A DNA stretch of 58,348 nt, filler included, from Circinaria calcarea (lineage: Eukaryota): the NCBI GenBank assembly GCA_051942165.1. It is 3 parts of 3 records of this genome, joined end to end, with 100 filler letters (N's around TTAATTAATTAA, not from the genome) between each part and the next. Parts side by side here need not be neighbours in the genome. Positions count along the whole stretch, not along the records: positions 19,493 to 38,871 come from JAVECS010000209.1; 2 more parts are not named here. The stretch is one strand, 5' to 3'. Each line of letters opens with the position of its first letter. Position 1 is the first letter of the stretch. Shown piece after piece: positions 23,102 to 36,204 of the stretch. The notes under the pieces are model-generated. The model was given only the letters and a program-made list of their open reading frames with translations. It did not search any database and was not told where the DNA came from. A program made the translations under genes and the position numbers.

Positions 23102-26100
23102 CTATTCTTGTTTTATGACGGAGCTTTCGGCTCGACTTCTCATATGAGCTACTTGTATTTTAAGGGATCGAGCCATTAGACGTGTTACTTTTGCCGTTAG
23201 TATATAATAAGTGAACGTTATGGAGCTAATTGATGGTCTTACCAGGCCAAACTGCTGCTTTATCGAGCATGTATGCCGTAACCAGCAAGATCTTGCTGCC
23301 ATAACCGTAGTCCTGAATGCCCGCAAGATAATGATTAGGTGTGAGCGCAGACAAAGTGGCCAAACTCCCATGATCGATGGCCATCTTGACTTCGGCACTG
23401 TTGAGTATCTGGTCAATCTTCTCCAGCAGTTTGCAATCCTCGTCCTCGAGAAGCATGATTCCCGGAACTTGGCCAAAGTCAATCTCATCCTTGCCTAGAA
23501 TGCCTAGATATCTCCCGACGCGTTCTTGCACTGTAGATACCCATTCAGCCACAACTTGCGCACAGTCGAAGGCACACATTGCCGATTGCATTGGCAACTC
23601 CCGAGAATTGAAGTCAGCAAATGTGACACCGAGTTTGTCAGACAAAGACAGAGAGTGAGCTGCATGGAAAGCGGCCTTTCGTAAGTGCCGTTCGCGTTTA
23701 GAGGATTGATCCAACGACTGTACGTGGTCGTCAGTCGAGGATAATGCTGGTTCCGCTTTGATGGAAATTGTTTCGATCACCGGAGAGCTATCTAGTGAGA
23801 TGTCTGAGCCTGTAGATGAATAGTTGTTGTTCGGGTAAGTTTTTGGAGAGTAGTCTGCGTGTTGAATGATCTCGGAACCCCGAGCTATCTCATCGGCCAT
23901 AGCGTCAAAATCCCACTGCCAAAAGGCCTCTTTTGAGCGACCAAGATTAACAAACAGTCGAACGTACGCAAGATCCAATAGTGGTATACTGTCAGCTGAC
24001 AACGGGCCAAAGCCAAAGGGATTGGGTCTTTCGAGGCTATGTTGCGGATTACTTGCCCATGCCTCCTGCCACGCAGCCAAAGCTGGCTCGATATGAGCAT
24101 GCATTGATTCCGTCTCTTGCATTGTCCACTGCCTTCCCAGGTGTCTCTGCCGAGTTTCCCATATATAGTTATGCAAAGCGTTGATGAGGATTAGGCAGCC
24201 AAACGTACTAGGTTGAAAGCTACCGGGCGACAGCTCCGCAAAACCCACTTCGGATATAGGCATTTGAGGGTAACCTTGGGCTATATGATGTTGCTGGCGT
24301 TGTCGTCGCTGGTTTGCGGTCAGCAGAAAGCTAAGAGCTGTGGCGAATGGCGTAGCCCTTTGCTCAGCTATGGCATTGCCGCCCATGGCATACCAAGCCG
24401 CAGGAGAATCTGCAGCCCATAGGTCTTCGTCGCATGGAAGATCGAGTCGAATCTCAGAATTCGTCAGGGCTGGGCCATGATTGTAAGCGGAGACAAGCAT
24501 GCTCGAAAGGATGAAAACTCCGTAGAGTGTCCTCTTCCTCTCTTCGGCCGATTTCCAAACATGCCATTCATCTTGACTCTCGGATGTACCATGCGAGGTC
24601 CATCCCTCATCGGTCATGCGAATATCTTCCCCGCTGAATGTGCGAGCATTCTGTTGTGGATATGTTGTCCGAGACGGTTGTGCTCTCGTTAGTTCTGCGG
24701 CCTTTGCCAAACTTACCAGAGCCGCACAGTGCGTGCTTGCATTCTCCGCAGAAGTCTTATCTCCAGAGTTATGACCATAGATCACATTAAGGAGCATGGC
24801 CTGCACCAGCCACAGTGGAGTGTTGTGGGTTGGGGCCTCGCCATTGACACTCGACCCGTTGACTGCTGCCGACATGTCTGCTTTTCGCCGTTCTTCCAAG
24901 TAAATCTTGATCGTTCTTTTAGCCATCTCAAAAAGCTCCTTGGACGCAGCATTTTCAAACTCGTATAAAGCCCCAATCGCAGCCATAGAAAGGATGAGAC
25001 AGCCCCCACCTCCAACTACACTTGACTGCTGGAAGCCTGTCATCCCACTGGAAGGTCGAATGTGGCTAGTATATGCTGGAGAGTCGAAAGACAAGGAGGG
25101 AACATGGAGAAAGGGCATATGAGGATGGAAGTATTGTATGTAAGCAGCAACGTAGCGCTGTAGATCATATGTACTTGGAAGTGACACCCCACACGCACTG
25201 CGAGGTCGATCCGAGAATCCTGGAGATAGGGGTGAGCTGACATTAGGCTGGGAATATTTCCGGTTACCTGGACCAAACTTCGATTGTTGGGACAATGTCG
25301 CGAGGAGGGCGTGACGGGTGGCGTCAGTAATAGAGTCCGTGGAGACTGAAGTTACCGAGCTCTGCCGGTTACTACTACTGACAGAGGCGGCCGAATTGGT
25401 AGGAGTCTCGGTGGAAACTGCCGCAGGTGTTTGATAGTACTGGCTTGGTAACCCATGCACATGTGAGCTCATGGGCATGGCAGTAGAGAAATACTGATCA
25501 GCCACACCCAAGTGGTCTTGAAAGGTTAATGGTGAAAGAGAGTCCGGGGGAAGCAGCTCGGGAAATACCGAACCGGATATTTCCATAAGCGACGTAGGTA
25601 CGATTTGCGAATGAGAGGCGGTCGACGATTGCCATAGTCCTGGATTTTGAGCGGAATTGTTTGAACCGTCTAACATTACTTCACTTATGCCACTACGACT
25701 TCCTGTACTGATGGCAGACGGCGAAGAACCGGCAATAGCATTCTCATTACCACGATCAAAGGACATTTGATGATCGAAACCGTGCATCCATTCGAAATTG
25801 CCTTCTTCATCTAGCAGAGCCTGAGCGGATGGTAAGCCTGGGAATGCCCGGTGGAAAGGAGACGTCGGAGTATCAAATACCAGGGAATGTGGAGAATCGG
25901 TGAAGTGTAGATGGGCTGGGTTGATTGTAGTGCCGGGCCCGAATAGCATGCTCTCCATTCCAAACTCGGCACCAAAATCTCCAAAAGCGGGGGCCGTTCG
26001 AAGGCCACCACTCAAATCGTGGTTCAGAAGATGCGTGTCGAGTTTGGGAAGCCCATGTGGAGTTCCATGATGACCAACCGCTGTAGACATTCCTCTGAAT

Positions 26101-26829
26101 GAGAAACCACCTGGACCTGGCATACCGTTTGAGCTGGAGTGGTTATGACCTAGATTCATCCCATTTCCTTGTCTAGCAGCTATTGCATTTGTAGCTGCGA
26201 GCATGCCCAGGGTAGCATTATCCACATGACTAATGGTATTCGCGCGGGGGCGCATTGATCCAGTGCCAGCGTTCGTCCCAGGGTTGTTTGCAATTGAGTT
26301 CTTACGGATTCTTCCCGACACCGTCGTGCCAGAATTACTCGCGGTACTCTCTCGCCGTCCGCCTTTTGTCCGAGTTGAAGGGGCGGTAGTCATGTGAAGT
26401 TTTTGTTGATGCCGGAGAAGTAGGTCACGCCTAGCAAAGCACCTTGTACATTCAGGGCACTCAAAAGGCTTCTCCTTTGTATGTGAGCGCTCATGCCGTT
26501 TGAGATGCTCGAGACGTGCGAATGATCGACCACAAGTGCCGCAAACATGAGGCCTTGGTTTGTCAGTTTTGGGAGGTGGAAAAGTCGTATTTCCGTTCGC
26601 AGCACCGTTCAAGGACTTTGCGTGTGGGCGACCTGCTTCAGTGGTTTTAGCAAAACCATACTTCCGTTTCTGCTTAGTGAAACTTGGACGCAGCGAACAG
26701 CTGCTTATGACACTTACCCGTACCGCTCCCCGGAACATGATCACTAGGCCCGTCTGTCACGCCAGCATTGGTATTCGGAGCTGCGGCTGTGGCTGTAGAG
26801 CTCTGAGGTGTGATGTTATCTGATAGCAT
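23102..26829 (-). CDS. amdX: C2H2 zinc-finger transcription factor with fungal-specific TF domain (AmdX/Adr1-type); 3 exons
   Basis: Two fingers: HVCGTCGRSFARLEHLKRHERSH-TKEKPF-ECPECTRCFARRDLLLRHQQKLH. YIQYFHPHMPFLH and EERKRT mark the middle-homology domain. ATG at 26829; intron 26633-26717 and a last intron near 23189-23242 give the C-terminus WPVTRLMAR...KQE*. Confidence 0.85.
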
Positions 26830-29800
26830 GATAGCACCTCCTATTTTCCAAGCCCGTACTCATAGACCTAACTATAAGCTTCCTTCGGACGACAGCGAAT
26901 GCGTATGACAATAGTTGTTGCTTATATAATCACAGTGAATGAGAATCAAGTTTTCCCACAGAAGTTTTTGAAGTTGCTGAAGAGGTCTTTCAGTGGTACT
27001 TTTGGATGGAATTTGACTCCACCCAGTGGAGTAAGTAGCACGAGGAGAAGGAAAGGTGGTTACAGCTAGATGATACAATCTAATAGTAAGCACTTCTGAA
27101 GCATGCGTCAGCCACCGGGAATGTTCGAGCAGAAGAGCCTTCAAGTCCGAGTCAATTGAAAGTGCTTACCCAGGGTTTATGCCGAAAAGAAGAAGATTCA
27201 TGCAGCTGCAGACAGCCGAATGAACTTGAGTGCGGTACGATGCCGAGCAACACCAGATTGCTCAAGCTTATCAGCCAATCTCTACCAGTGATATAGCCTC
27301 CTGGACCAGTAGACAATTCGCTTCCCTGTTGGCCCGATTGCGAGATCTAAGTGCGTGACAGTGATGTTATGTACTTGAGAGCTTAACCTCTTGGGAAGTA
27401 TTTGTTTTCCGCTCGGCGCAAGACCACGGGTAAAGAACTATAGTAGGTATATGGAGGCTTTTGACAAGCTATCAGCGCCGAATCCTTCACAAGAATAGAT
27501 TTTTGGGAAGACAACAAAAGGCGTCAGTTCATGGACAATCGTTAGGCGGCCGTTCAAAGGACATCCAGCACGCCGGTGGTCAGCAATCACAGTCCGAATA
27601 CAACTGGGGGGGGGGGACGGGCGTTTTCGCTGTCGAGCTCGCTGGCGGTGCTCTGAATATGTACAATTGAGTTTGCTCGACGTCCGGTGGTCAATCAAAC
27701 GGCCTTCCGACTGGATTGGTGGCGACGTCACAAGAAAAGAGATGCGCTCCGTTCTGGTAGGTTGATGTGATGGGATGCGAGTTGGAGCTGCAGAACACCA
27801 ATCCGCCGATGATCGACAGTCAGGTGCCCCGAAGGAACCCAAGTGGGACCCAAAGGGCAGCACTTCGGTTCCAGGGGCCTGCCTCTTAGCCCTCGTCGGT
27901 TTTGCCCTCGTCGTGCTGCCCCTACTGCGTACCTCGTTTTCGCTCTAATCGTGTACAGGAGTAGGAGATCGAGCCGGTACTCGGTGCTCCCTTGAGAGTC
28001 AGTCAGGCCCAAGATGACTGTGCTCTCGGCTTTCCTATATCTATATCCCTCATGGCCGCGCACTCTGTTCGAATATTATTGGCACCGCGCAGGGCCCGTC
28101 ACGTTCACCACCCTCCTCTTCGACGGAACGCAAATCCACTGGTCGTCTCGACTTGTTCCCCTTGTGGCCTTGGCATTGCCTGCAGCCAACGCAGCGCGGC
28201 CTGCTTATGGAGACCACCCGCTTATGCGCAATGTTCTCTGGGCGCAGAGTGCATGGATCATCCTACAAAATGCAGTTTCTTGCCATTCACGCCCGCCCGT
28301 GACTAGCCTCCGGGGGCCTGAGGACGGGCGGTGTTTGAGCGAGAACGCGGGCGACTAGGCTTTAGTGACCATCTGGGGCCATATCAAAATGTCGGGCCTA
28401 GAGGCACTATACACGGTGGCGAGCTACGGTAGCTTTGGATTAGATTATATGGCTTTCAACTACTTTCTGAAAAATTCCCACGACAATAGGTGAGTAAAGA
28501 ATCGAGGGTTCCGTCGACGCTGGCAACCTAGTGGCTCTTGCCTTCCCCATACCACTTCTCCTGCCTCCAAGACTTTCCGGTAGATTCACCCAGAGCTCGT
28601 AATGCTCCAATCTGTGCTCTGTAATTCACCGATAACCCAAAGAAGCATATGATCATGAGGAGGCCTTACAACTTCCATTTGTTATGGGGATTTGTTATTT
28701 ATCATGTCCACTCTTTTTTTGGCCGTTTCCGCTCTGAACCGGACACCGTCAACCCCGAAAACTGGGGTTAGCGTCTTTCGTGCCTTAGTCGTGACCCGCA
28801 GCCGCTCGTCAAGGATCCCACCAAACTCTCCATCTCATCTCCGGCCACTCACAAGGAACCGTTTACGCCCATCTGGCGATTCCCTGGCTTCAGGACCGAC
28901 TAGTTGCTCTTGCCTTTTCCCCATCTGCTACCACACTACTACCACACCACCACCAACACCCTGAAACGAGTGGACGGACCATTTTCTGACCTGCTCGTCC
29001 CGCTGCGCCTGCTCGTCCTCGACCGTTCGACCAACCGTCGAGAGGCAAAACTAACAACGAGCAGGCCAACCCGTTGAACATTCCAATATCGGGTGGAACC
29101 ATCTCCGGATGAATCCTTCCTCTGGACCTGCTATCTGTACTTGTGTAATGGTGGTGGGCTGCAACAAAGATTGCCTTGAGACTCGAGTGCGCATGGCTAG
29201 GCATCCCTGGTGCATATCACGATCAGTAACTTTTGCGCTGTGGTACTTTGCTCAATTCATGTGATACTAGGGCCGACACACCAGCACCTTGAAGGTTCTG
29301 CGCTGGTCCTAGCCTGTCAGATAAGAGACATGACAATGGCCCACGGAATGTCTCCTAGGCGCTTTCGCCTCTCCCACCATTTGTACTAGAACCATATCCT
29401 CACACGCTACAGTCAAACATGGCTGAAGAGCTAGTGTGATGCCAGGAAGCTAGCCTTCCGACAGCTCGTTCGTTGGTTGGGCGCTCGGGACGTTGGCAAA
29501 CTCAAGGAGAAATGACTATTCTCTCACAGGCCTGCCACGGCTACCAACGGCAAACGCTCAAGGTGGAGTCGCGAGAGTCACGCTTTTCCGCATTTTATTT
29601 AGTTGCCCAGCGAACTCTTCTGCAGTTGGCAACTACGATGCAAAGAGTAAATTTGCCCAGGTGGCCAGAAGCGCACCAAGGTTTCCAGCGATCTTTTCCG
29701 ATAATACGCACAGCGAGTCATGGACCCACTGCCACGACTACGAATTTACTCGACTACGAGAGCTGCAGCGGCTGGCTTTGGCGCGTTAGGAACCGTCGGT

Positions 29801-31863
29801 TTCTCGGTACAGATGGCGGCAAAAAAGTACTTCCATCGCACGCCCATACGCCAGATTATCCCGATTGCATCTCAACCAGAATTACTCCGTAAAATTGTTT
29901 GGAGTTAAGGAGTACTAGTTAAATACAGGCTGCACACCGTGTGAGGCCACCTCAAACCGCGTTAGCCAATTAGGTTAATCCTTGATTTGGGTCAAGGAAA
30001 ACTTCCCATCGTCAGAACCAATGGTTTCTATGATTTATTTCCTCTGCTCTCTCTTTGGACTGACCCCCATGAGATCTTCCAAGTTCTTTCCTATACCCCG
30101 GCCATGCACAAACAGCACACTAATGCATTGCAGTGCATTTGGCAAGCCAACCATGAAGACTATACAGCCCACTTCGCGCGGTTTAAGATCCCACTTCGCG
30201 CTATTCATCATTCCCATCCCGGTTCAGGGTACGTATATCGACTATGGCCTTTCGAGGAGAATTCTGACCTGTCTATTCTCTGCTATACGGAATTGCGCGA
30301 GTATAGCGCCATACCTTAGGTTTCATCCTGGCCCCTATGGCCCAATCAGTCGAGTCCCTGTCATGGAAAGCGCCCAACGATCTCTCATCCGGAGGTAAAG
30401 CATGGGCCGAACTACAACTACATGTTTAGTAACTTACAATATTCATACCTCAGCCCTTTCGGCTTTAAGGATGACTCCCGTGAGAGCCAATGCCCCCTGG
30501 CTTCTTTCCGTTTGTTATCTAGTCAAGTATAGTGTTTTCCCCTTCGCTAGATGTTGAGCGAGGATCACGTTTCAACCTCACGCTTTTACTTGTTGCGGGA
30601 TAATTTTCAAATCGGGAATATATTATCTTTAAGGAAAATATTCAATATCATAGACGGATTTAACCCAATGCTGTTGGGTCGCTACTACATATATGAGTAG
30701 CGATGCTCTTCGTTTCTATCTTCGAGTTAAACTTTAGTAGGTATGTAAAATTATCTAATTTAATTGCGCAACATATCCTCACTTTCTGTAAATTCGAATC
30801 GAATTCGTTGATGTTTTTCTTTTTGCCGAGTGTTTTGGGTGGCTGAGAGTTTGCCGGTAGGATTTCCTTACTATCGCAGTGAAGCTTAACGCGATGGTAT
30901 TTGAAGTGGTGTTATTGACAGTCTACCGATGTCTGTTATCAGGTGCTATTCGAAGACGAGACTTCGGTCATCGTACCTTTTTGACTCGGGCAATATGATC
31001 CACTGAAAAGAGAAATGCTAACAATTTTAACAAAATAGACCGTCTCAGCCAGTGACTGTGATAAGGTTGATATGTATTAAATCCGCATACTTGTACTATT
31101 TATTTTTCAATGGACATTGGAGAGATTCGCCCCTTCTCATCCTAAACTAATAGCAGATAGTTGGTGTGAGTTAGATGATGTGAATAGAGGGTCGGGGAGC
31201 TATACAAGGGGTTAATTAGCGACAATCTTGGGTTTGGGAAGAAGATATATGCCTTGCTGATAGTTTACTATGCCTACCTCAAACTAAAGGCCCATCACGA
31301 TCCGGAGGTCGAGCACAACTACCGCCCTACCTCATATTCTCCCCGTCGACAGTCGTTGAGACTTAGTGGCTGGAATAATTCAAACGGTTTGCTACATTGT
31401 TGACGCTGAATTTCTGGTTATGGAGGACCCAATGATACAAAGTACGCCGTGCAACGGAAGTGACTGTTGAGCCAAATGTTGAGAATCTTCAGCGATCCCT
31501 TGGAACCTTAAACCCGCAGAACCCTGATAGTGCTAAAGTTGTCAAATCGACCTCCTACGGCACGGTATAGGAGCTATCTGCGGCCGAAACCAGAGTTAAC
31601 GTTAACAGCAAAGGCAAAATGGTCATAAAACAGGGCGAAGCACTGAAACGTGCTGTTCCGTCTAATATACCCTGCTGATAGAGCTTTACTACGACAGGCT
31701 CTCGAAGCCCATGCAGGATTATATATGAAATGAGTTAGCATGCATATTAATGTCAAAGCAGACTTCTCTACTACTCTTACCAAGTAAGGCTCCTCAAGTA
31801 AAAACCGCCGATTAAACAAGTTTTAAGGATTCAAGAGAGCTTGAGTCGCAGAACCAGAAAGCG

Positions 31864-33900
31864 ATGTCTCAAGGAGGCAGCGATGAAGAGGTCGTCGTGA
31901 AAGGCAATGCGGGTAAGGGCAAAGTGCTCAGGGGGACAGCGAAAGTTGCCGCGGAGAAGAAAAACCGGAACGCGTTATGGTAAGCAAAAAGGCCAAGGAC
32001 AAGAGTGTTCGCCAAAGACTAGTAGATGATGACCTAGGCTCGTCAGCGAGTACTCTATCGAGGAAAGCCTGTGTAATCAAAGAACCGCGCACGCCCACAA
32101 CAGCCTACCTAGCCCACAAAACAGAGGCATATGTTAAATCCGACCAGATCACGCTACCTGCAGCATCCGCAAGTCAAGAAAACTGATGAACCTCTTTGTT
32201 TCATCTCTTCGTGAGTGATGAGACCGTATATTCGTTGAGGAGAAATCGACTTCTTCCATCCAGAGGTAGAGACGATCAATGAAGAAACCAGTTTGCATTA
32301 TATCGCTTCGATTACTCGGCAACCGGCACCACTTCGCTAAAAGCTACGACCTAGTATAGTGAGTTCGTCACGAAGCATAACAAAGTACTATAGAGCAAGC
32401 CCGCAATTATTCCGCGAGGATGGTAAAATACTGATCTTTTGAAGAATCAACAAAGTATCTGAAAAGCTTATTCTTTTAAAACGAAAGTTTTAGCAACCCA
32501 TGCTTATAGTGGGAGTCTTTAAGGAGGGGGACCAAATTTCCAGCCAGGTATTTATAATGCGCTTCACGGCACATCTTTTGAAACTCCTTAAGCATGTATA
32601 TCATCCTGTTTAAGCTGCTTGACAACGATCTTATTAATATATATAGGAGAACCTGAAGATAAAGAAGAGAGAGTATTAAAGAATATAAACACCTTTTTCT
32701 TTGGAGTTGGACTATCCTTCCAGCTCGAGTTAAGTCGTCCAAATACCGTGATCAACGTCGTAACACGCCACCATGCCCCAAACCGAAGCATAGATTATCG
32801 AGGGTGGTATGCAAGGAGAAATGGTATACTCCTAAGTCCAACTTCTTGTTGACCAAGCTCTGAGGCCTAAAGGCTCAGTCTTTAATTCCGGTACCCAAAA
32901 TAATGTGTCCATCGATGCAATTACGAGTTACTTCCTGGCAATCGACCAGAACAAGCGTGGGCAGTGGGCTGCGACTTGTATACGTCTTAAAGGTAAAACT
33001 CATTGGGCTGGGGAGTAACCAGATTCAAATTACGCCGCCGCGTGCGGTATCTGGACCTCGATCCCACCACTCCGAAACTGGGGAAGCTGGTATTACACCC
33101 CATCGGGTCCATGGAGTGGCCTAGATACGACTGATGGAATAAGCGACTCTTGCACGGCTTTACTGGCAAATGAACTTGGACTGGGTAAAACCATTCTGGC
33201 GTTGTCGATCATTGAGGACTCAGTACGGGAAAGGCAAAAGCTTATAGCCCTCGACGACATGGCTGCGGCCACCGGCAAAAGAAAAGAAGAGTCGACTGCG
33301 GTCATCTTAAGCCCACCCTTATCATTTTCCCCCATGTGGCCACTGGCGTTTGGAAGGGGTAAGGACGATGGGAACGTCAACAAGGCAAAATGCCGCTTCT
33401 CCTAGCAGGGAGAATTTGACAGTGAAGCATTACAAGACGACAATCAGAGGTGGATTAGAGGATTAGGTCACGTCAGGGCTACCAAATTATTTGCTGTCGA
33501 AAAAATAAGAGTTATTACGTGGATTGTTGCTACACTCGCAAGATCATATAAAATCTCCCTGTTGGTATAAGACTGCTTTTACTCACATGAGGCACAAAAC
33601 GGAATTCCCCGAGCCATAAATTCTCGGCCTATACATATCTGGCTTATGTCGATGGAACGTTCTAATCTCGCCGCTGGCCTTTTAGCTGATGGTGTCGAGT
33701 TAGGCAAGACTATCCAGACCCTCTCGTTGATTGGGCTATCTGTGGAAAGGCAGCTTCTCGACGCCAGCCTAGCAGTTGCAGACACCGCGGAGGAAAATGA
33801 GTCCCCGGCAGACTTAACAAAATTAACAGCGGTCAGGCATGCACAATTTGGAGCTAAAATGCCTCTGCTATTAGAAGGGGTATCTCCTATCCTCTGAACT
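31864..33900 (+). pseudogene. Degenerate SNF2-family helicase-like pseudogene fragments (two motif-I remnants)
   Basis: About 33090-33210 reads PHRVHGVA*IRLME*...LLANELGLGKTILALSII. About 33640-33730 reads WLMSMERSNLAAGLLADGVELGKTIQTLSLI. Both resemble SNF2 LxPHQxxGVxW...GGILADEMGLGKT but are broken by stops and frameshifts. The outer boundaries are approximate. Confidence 0.65.
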
Positions 33901-34849
33901 TATCACACCACCGGTCTCATTGGCATTGGAAGCTAGCTCAGAAATGGTAGCATTGGCCCAATCACAGCCTTCTGCCCCTCCGATGCGTGGCCTCCGACTC
34001 CTGTAATACCGCCTCTCACACGGTTACCGCCTCCGAGTCAGCCTGCGAACCGCCTGCTTCCAAATTTTGTCAGATTGCTTCCTAATCTTGCCAGAATGCC
34101 TTCAGATTCAATTGGGCTGCGTCTGGATCTTCTCGCGGTACCTCCAGATCTTCGCGCGCAGTATCCGAATAATCTTTATTCCCTCCGACCTCTTGATATA
34201 GTTCCCGTGCCATTTCTTTCACGTATTAATCCATGTGGATTCCCTTCTGTTAAATTAGCTGCGATAGGCAATCTTCGTTGTCCGATGATTATTACTTTTT
34301 CCTTTTATTTACTTTTTTGGATGTCCAAAGACTTCAGACATCTTCCATGTCGAGCTTTTATTAACGTCGTCGATAGATTAGAGGCGGAAAAGCCTCCGAC
34401 TTTCATCGGATGATGAATAGCAAGGTTTTTACCGGTAACTCGGGGCATACTGAAACCAATGGAAAATATTCTTCCAACAGCATGTTGACTCAGGACTTGG
34501 TTAATAATTGGGAAAATGCATTTAAAGCTCGAATAGTGCTCTTACGCAGCGATAGCATACCGCAACGGGATCGCAATGCTGATATAAGTGAAGATTAGCT
34601 TATAGTATTAGGCTTCGCCCCGCTAGTCATTTGCATCCTGAACTTCTCGCTGTCCTCTGGGGAAAGTCCAAAGCGCAAGCCAAAAGTTCAAATAGCCAAT
34701 GACCCGAGGACCAGATCTCTCACTTCGATAGCGTATTGGGAATGCAAATAGAGATTTCACTCTCCATAGAGCTATCGCCAATGAGGATTTGGAAAAGACA
34801 ATTTTGAAGAGGCTGAAAAGCGGAGAAAATAAACCAGGAATCTGACGGG

Positions 34850-35720
34850 CATATGCGCTTCGCTGGGCATGGATTTGTAGGTTTCACCTTCTACTCCCAA
34901 ACAGTCAAACCCGGAACCAAGGGAAACACCGTACCACTAAGAATCTCCAGTGCGGGAGCTTTTCGATCTTGTGGAATTACCCAAAGGCTGGAATATCGAG
35001 ACACATCCGATAGGGGAAGCCTCTTCTACCTCGATTTATACTCCGCAGAATTACGAGGATACCTGAGGATAATACAAACGACGGCTTGGAACAATGACCC
35101 CGACTTTAAACATTTCCTAACGGAATACATAGACAACCTCTAAAAGATAATCTACAGCGCAATTACGGCCAAATGCTCAGAAGATATAATTTAAAGTAGA
35201 AGAATAATTCGAAAAACTGGATTTACAAATTCCGAGCGGAGCTAGACACATTGAACCAAAAGCGACTAATAGGACTTAATAAGTTATTAAAACATTTAAC
35301 AAATAACTGAAGCCGGGCCAGATCACCAGGGCATTACCATCGCTATCAAACTTTATCGAACATTTAAGATCGTTAAGGCACATTGCCATCTGGCCCTTCG
35401 TGGCCGTGATGCTAAAGAGTTAGATGATTAAGTTCACCATAGAGGATTTCAAGAAGCCGGAAGGGGTAGCTCGTCTGTAATAAATAATACACACCCAACA
35501 GCTACCCTCATAGCCAAGCTGCTTATAGCCGACTTTGGTGTTTTGGTAATCGAAGGTTCCTTCGAAATACACGGATGGTATGGAATGGATATACGATTTC
35601 ATGCTATTAATATCGTGGCTGGTCACTACCCTTCTAACTAGGCCCTTCGCGGCCCCGATATTGACATTCCTAATCGAAAACATCTTGGTGGCTACTCTGA
35701 AGACTGGACCGGGGGTACGA
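34850..35720 (+). mobile_element. Possible degenerate gag/protease remnant of an LTR retrotransposon
   Basis: Stop-riddled, coding-like sequence. GVLVIEGSFEIHGWYGMDIRFHAINIVAGHYP...PDIDIPNR resembles the C-terminal part of retrotransposon aspartic proteases. It ends at a G-run directly before the LTR-like unit. Confidence 0.35.
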
Positions 35721-36204
35721 TGTCACGGGAATGCCACTGGGTTACCTTATGATGCACTGCCAGTACGATATCGGTAGGACAGGAAGAATTTACAGGGAAC
35801 GCCAGCAGCTAGGATACCCAGCAATCGATCATGATGGCAGGTTTAAAGTATATATGACTTATGTATTACACGGATCTATAGACGTTACCGGCACGCCAAT
35901 TGACTAGTCCCAGCGAAAGGTCAACTTGCAACACCTCGTGGAGATCATAAAATAGAGAAGACAGTCAACATCTGATGTTACTACTATCCAATCGACAGTA
36001 GCCACCACATCTACAACAAACCCACCCACAGCCAATTTACCTACAATGAACCAACCAACAGCCAACCAGCCAATTGCACAACCAGCAGACAGACATGCTG
36101 CCGATCAAGATACAGAGATGACAGGAGAGGGAGAAACAGACGAGGGAGTAAATAGGATTGATCAATTCTATTTCCATCATCTGCATGCTTGCACTCCCGT
36201 CACA
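35721..36204 (+). mobile_element. LTR-like unit (484 bp)
   Basis: Starts TGTCACGGGA and ends TCCCGTCACA (TG...CA; 9/10 inverted match). Preceded by GGGGGTACGA (PPT-like) and followed by TGGTAGCG (PBS-like). TATA-like TATATA near 35850. Confidence 0.55.
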
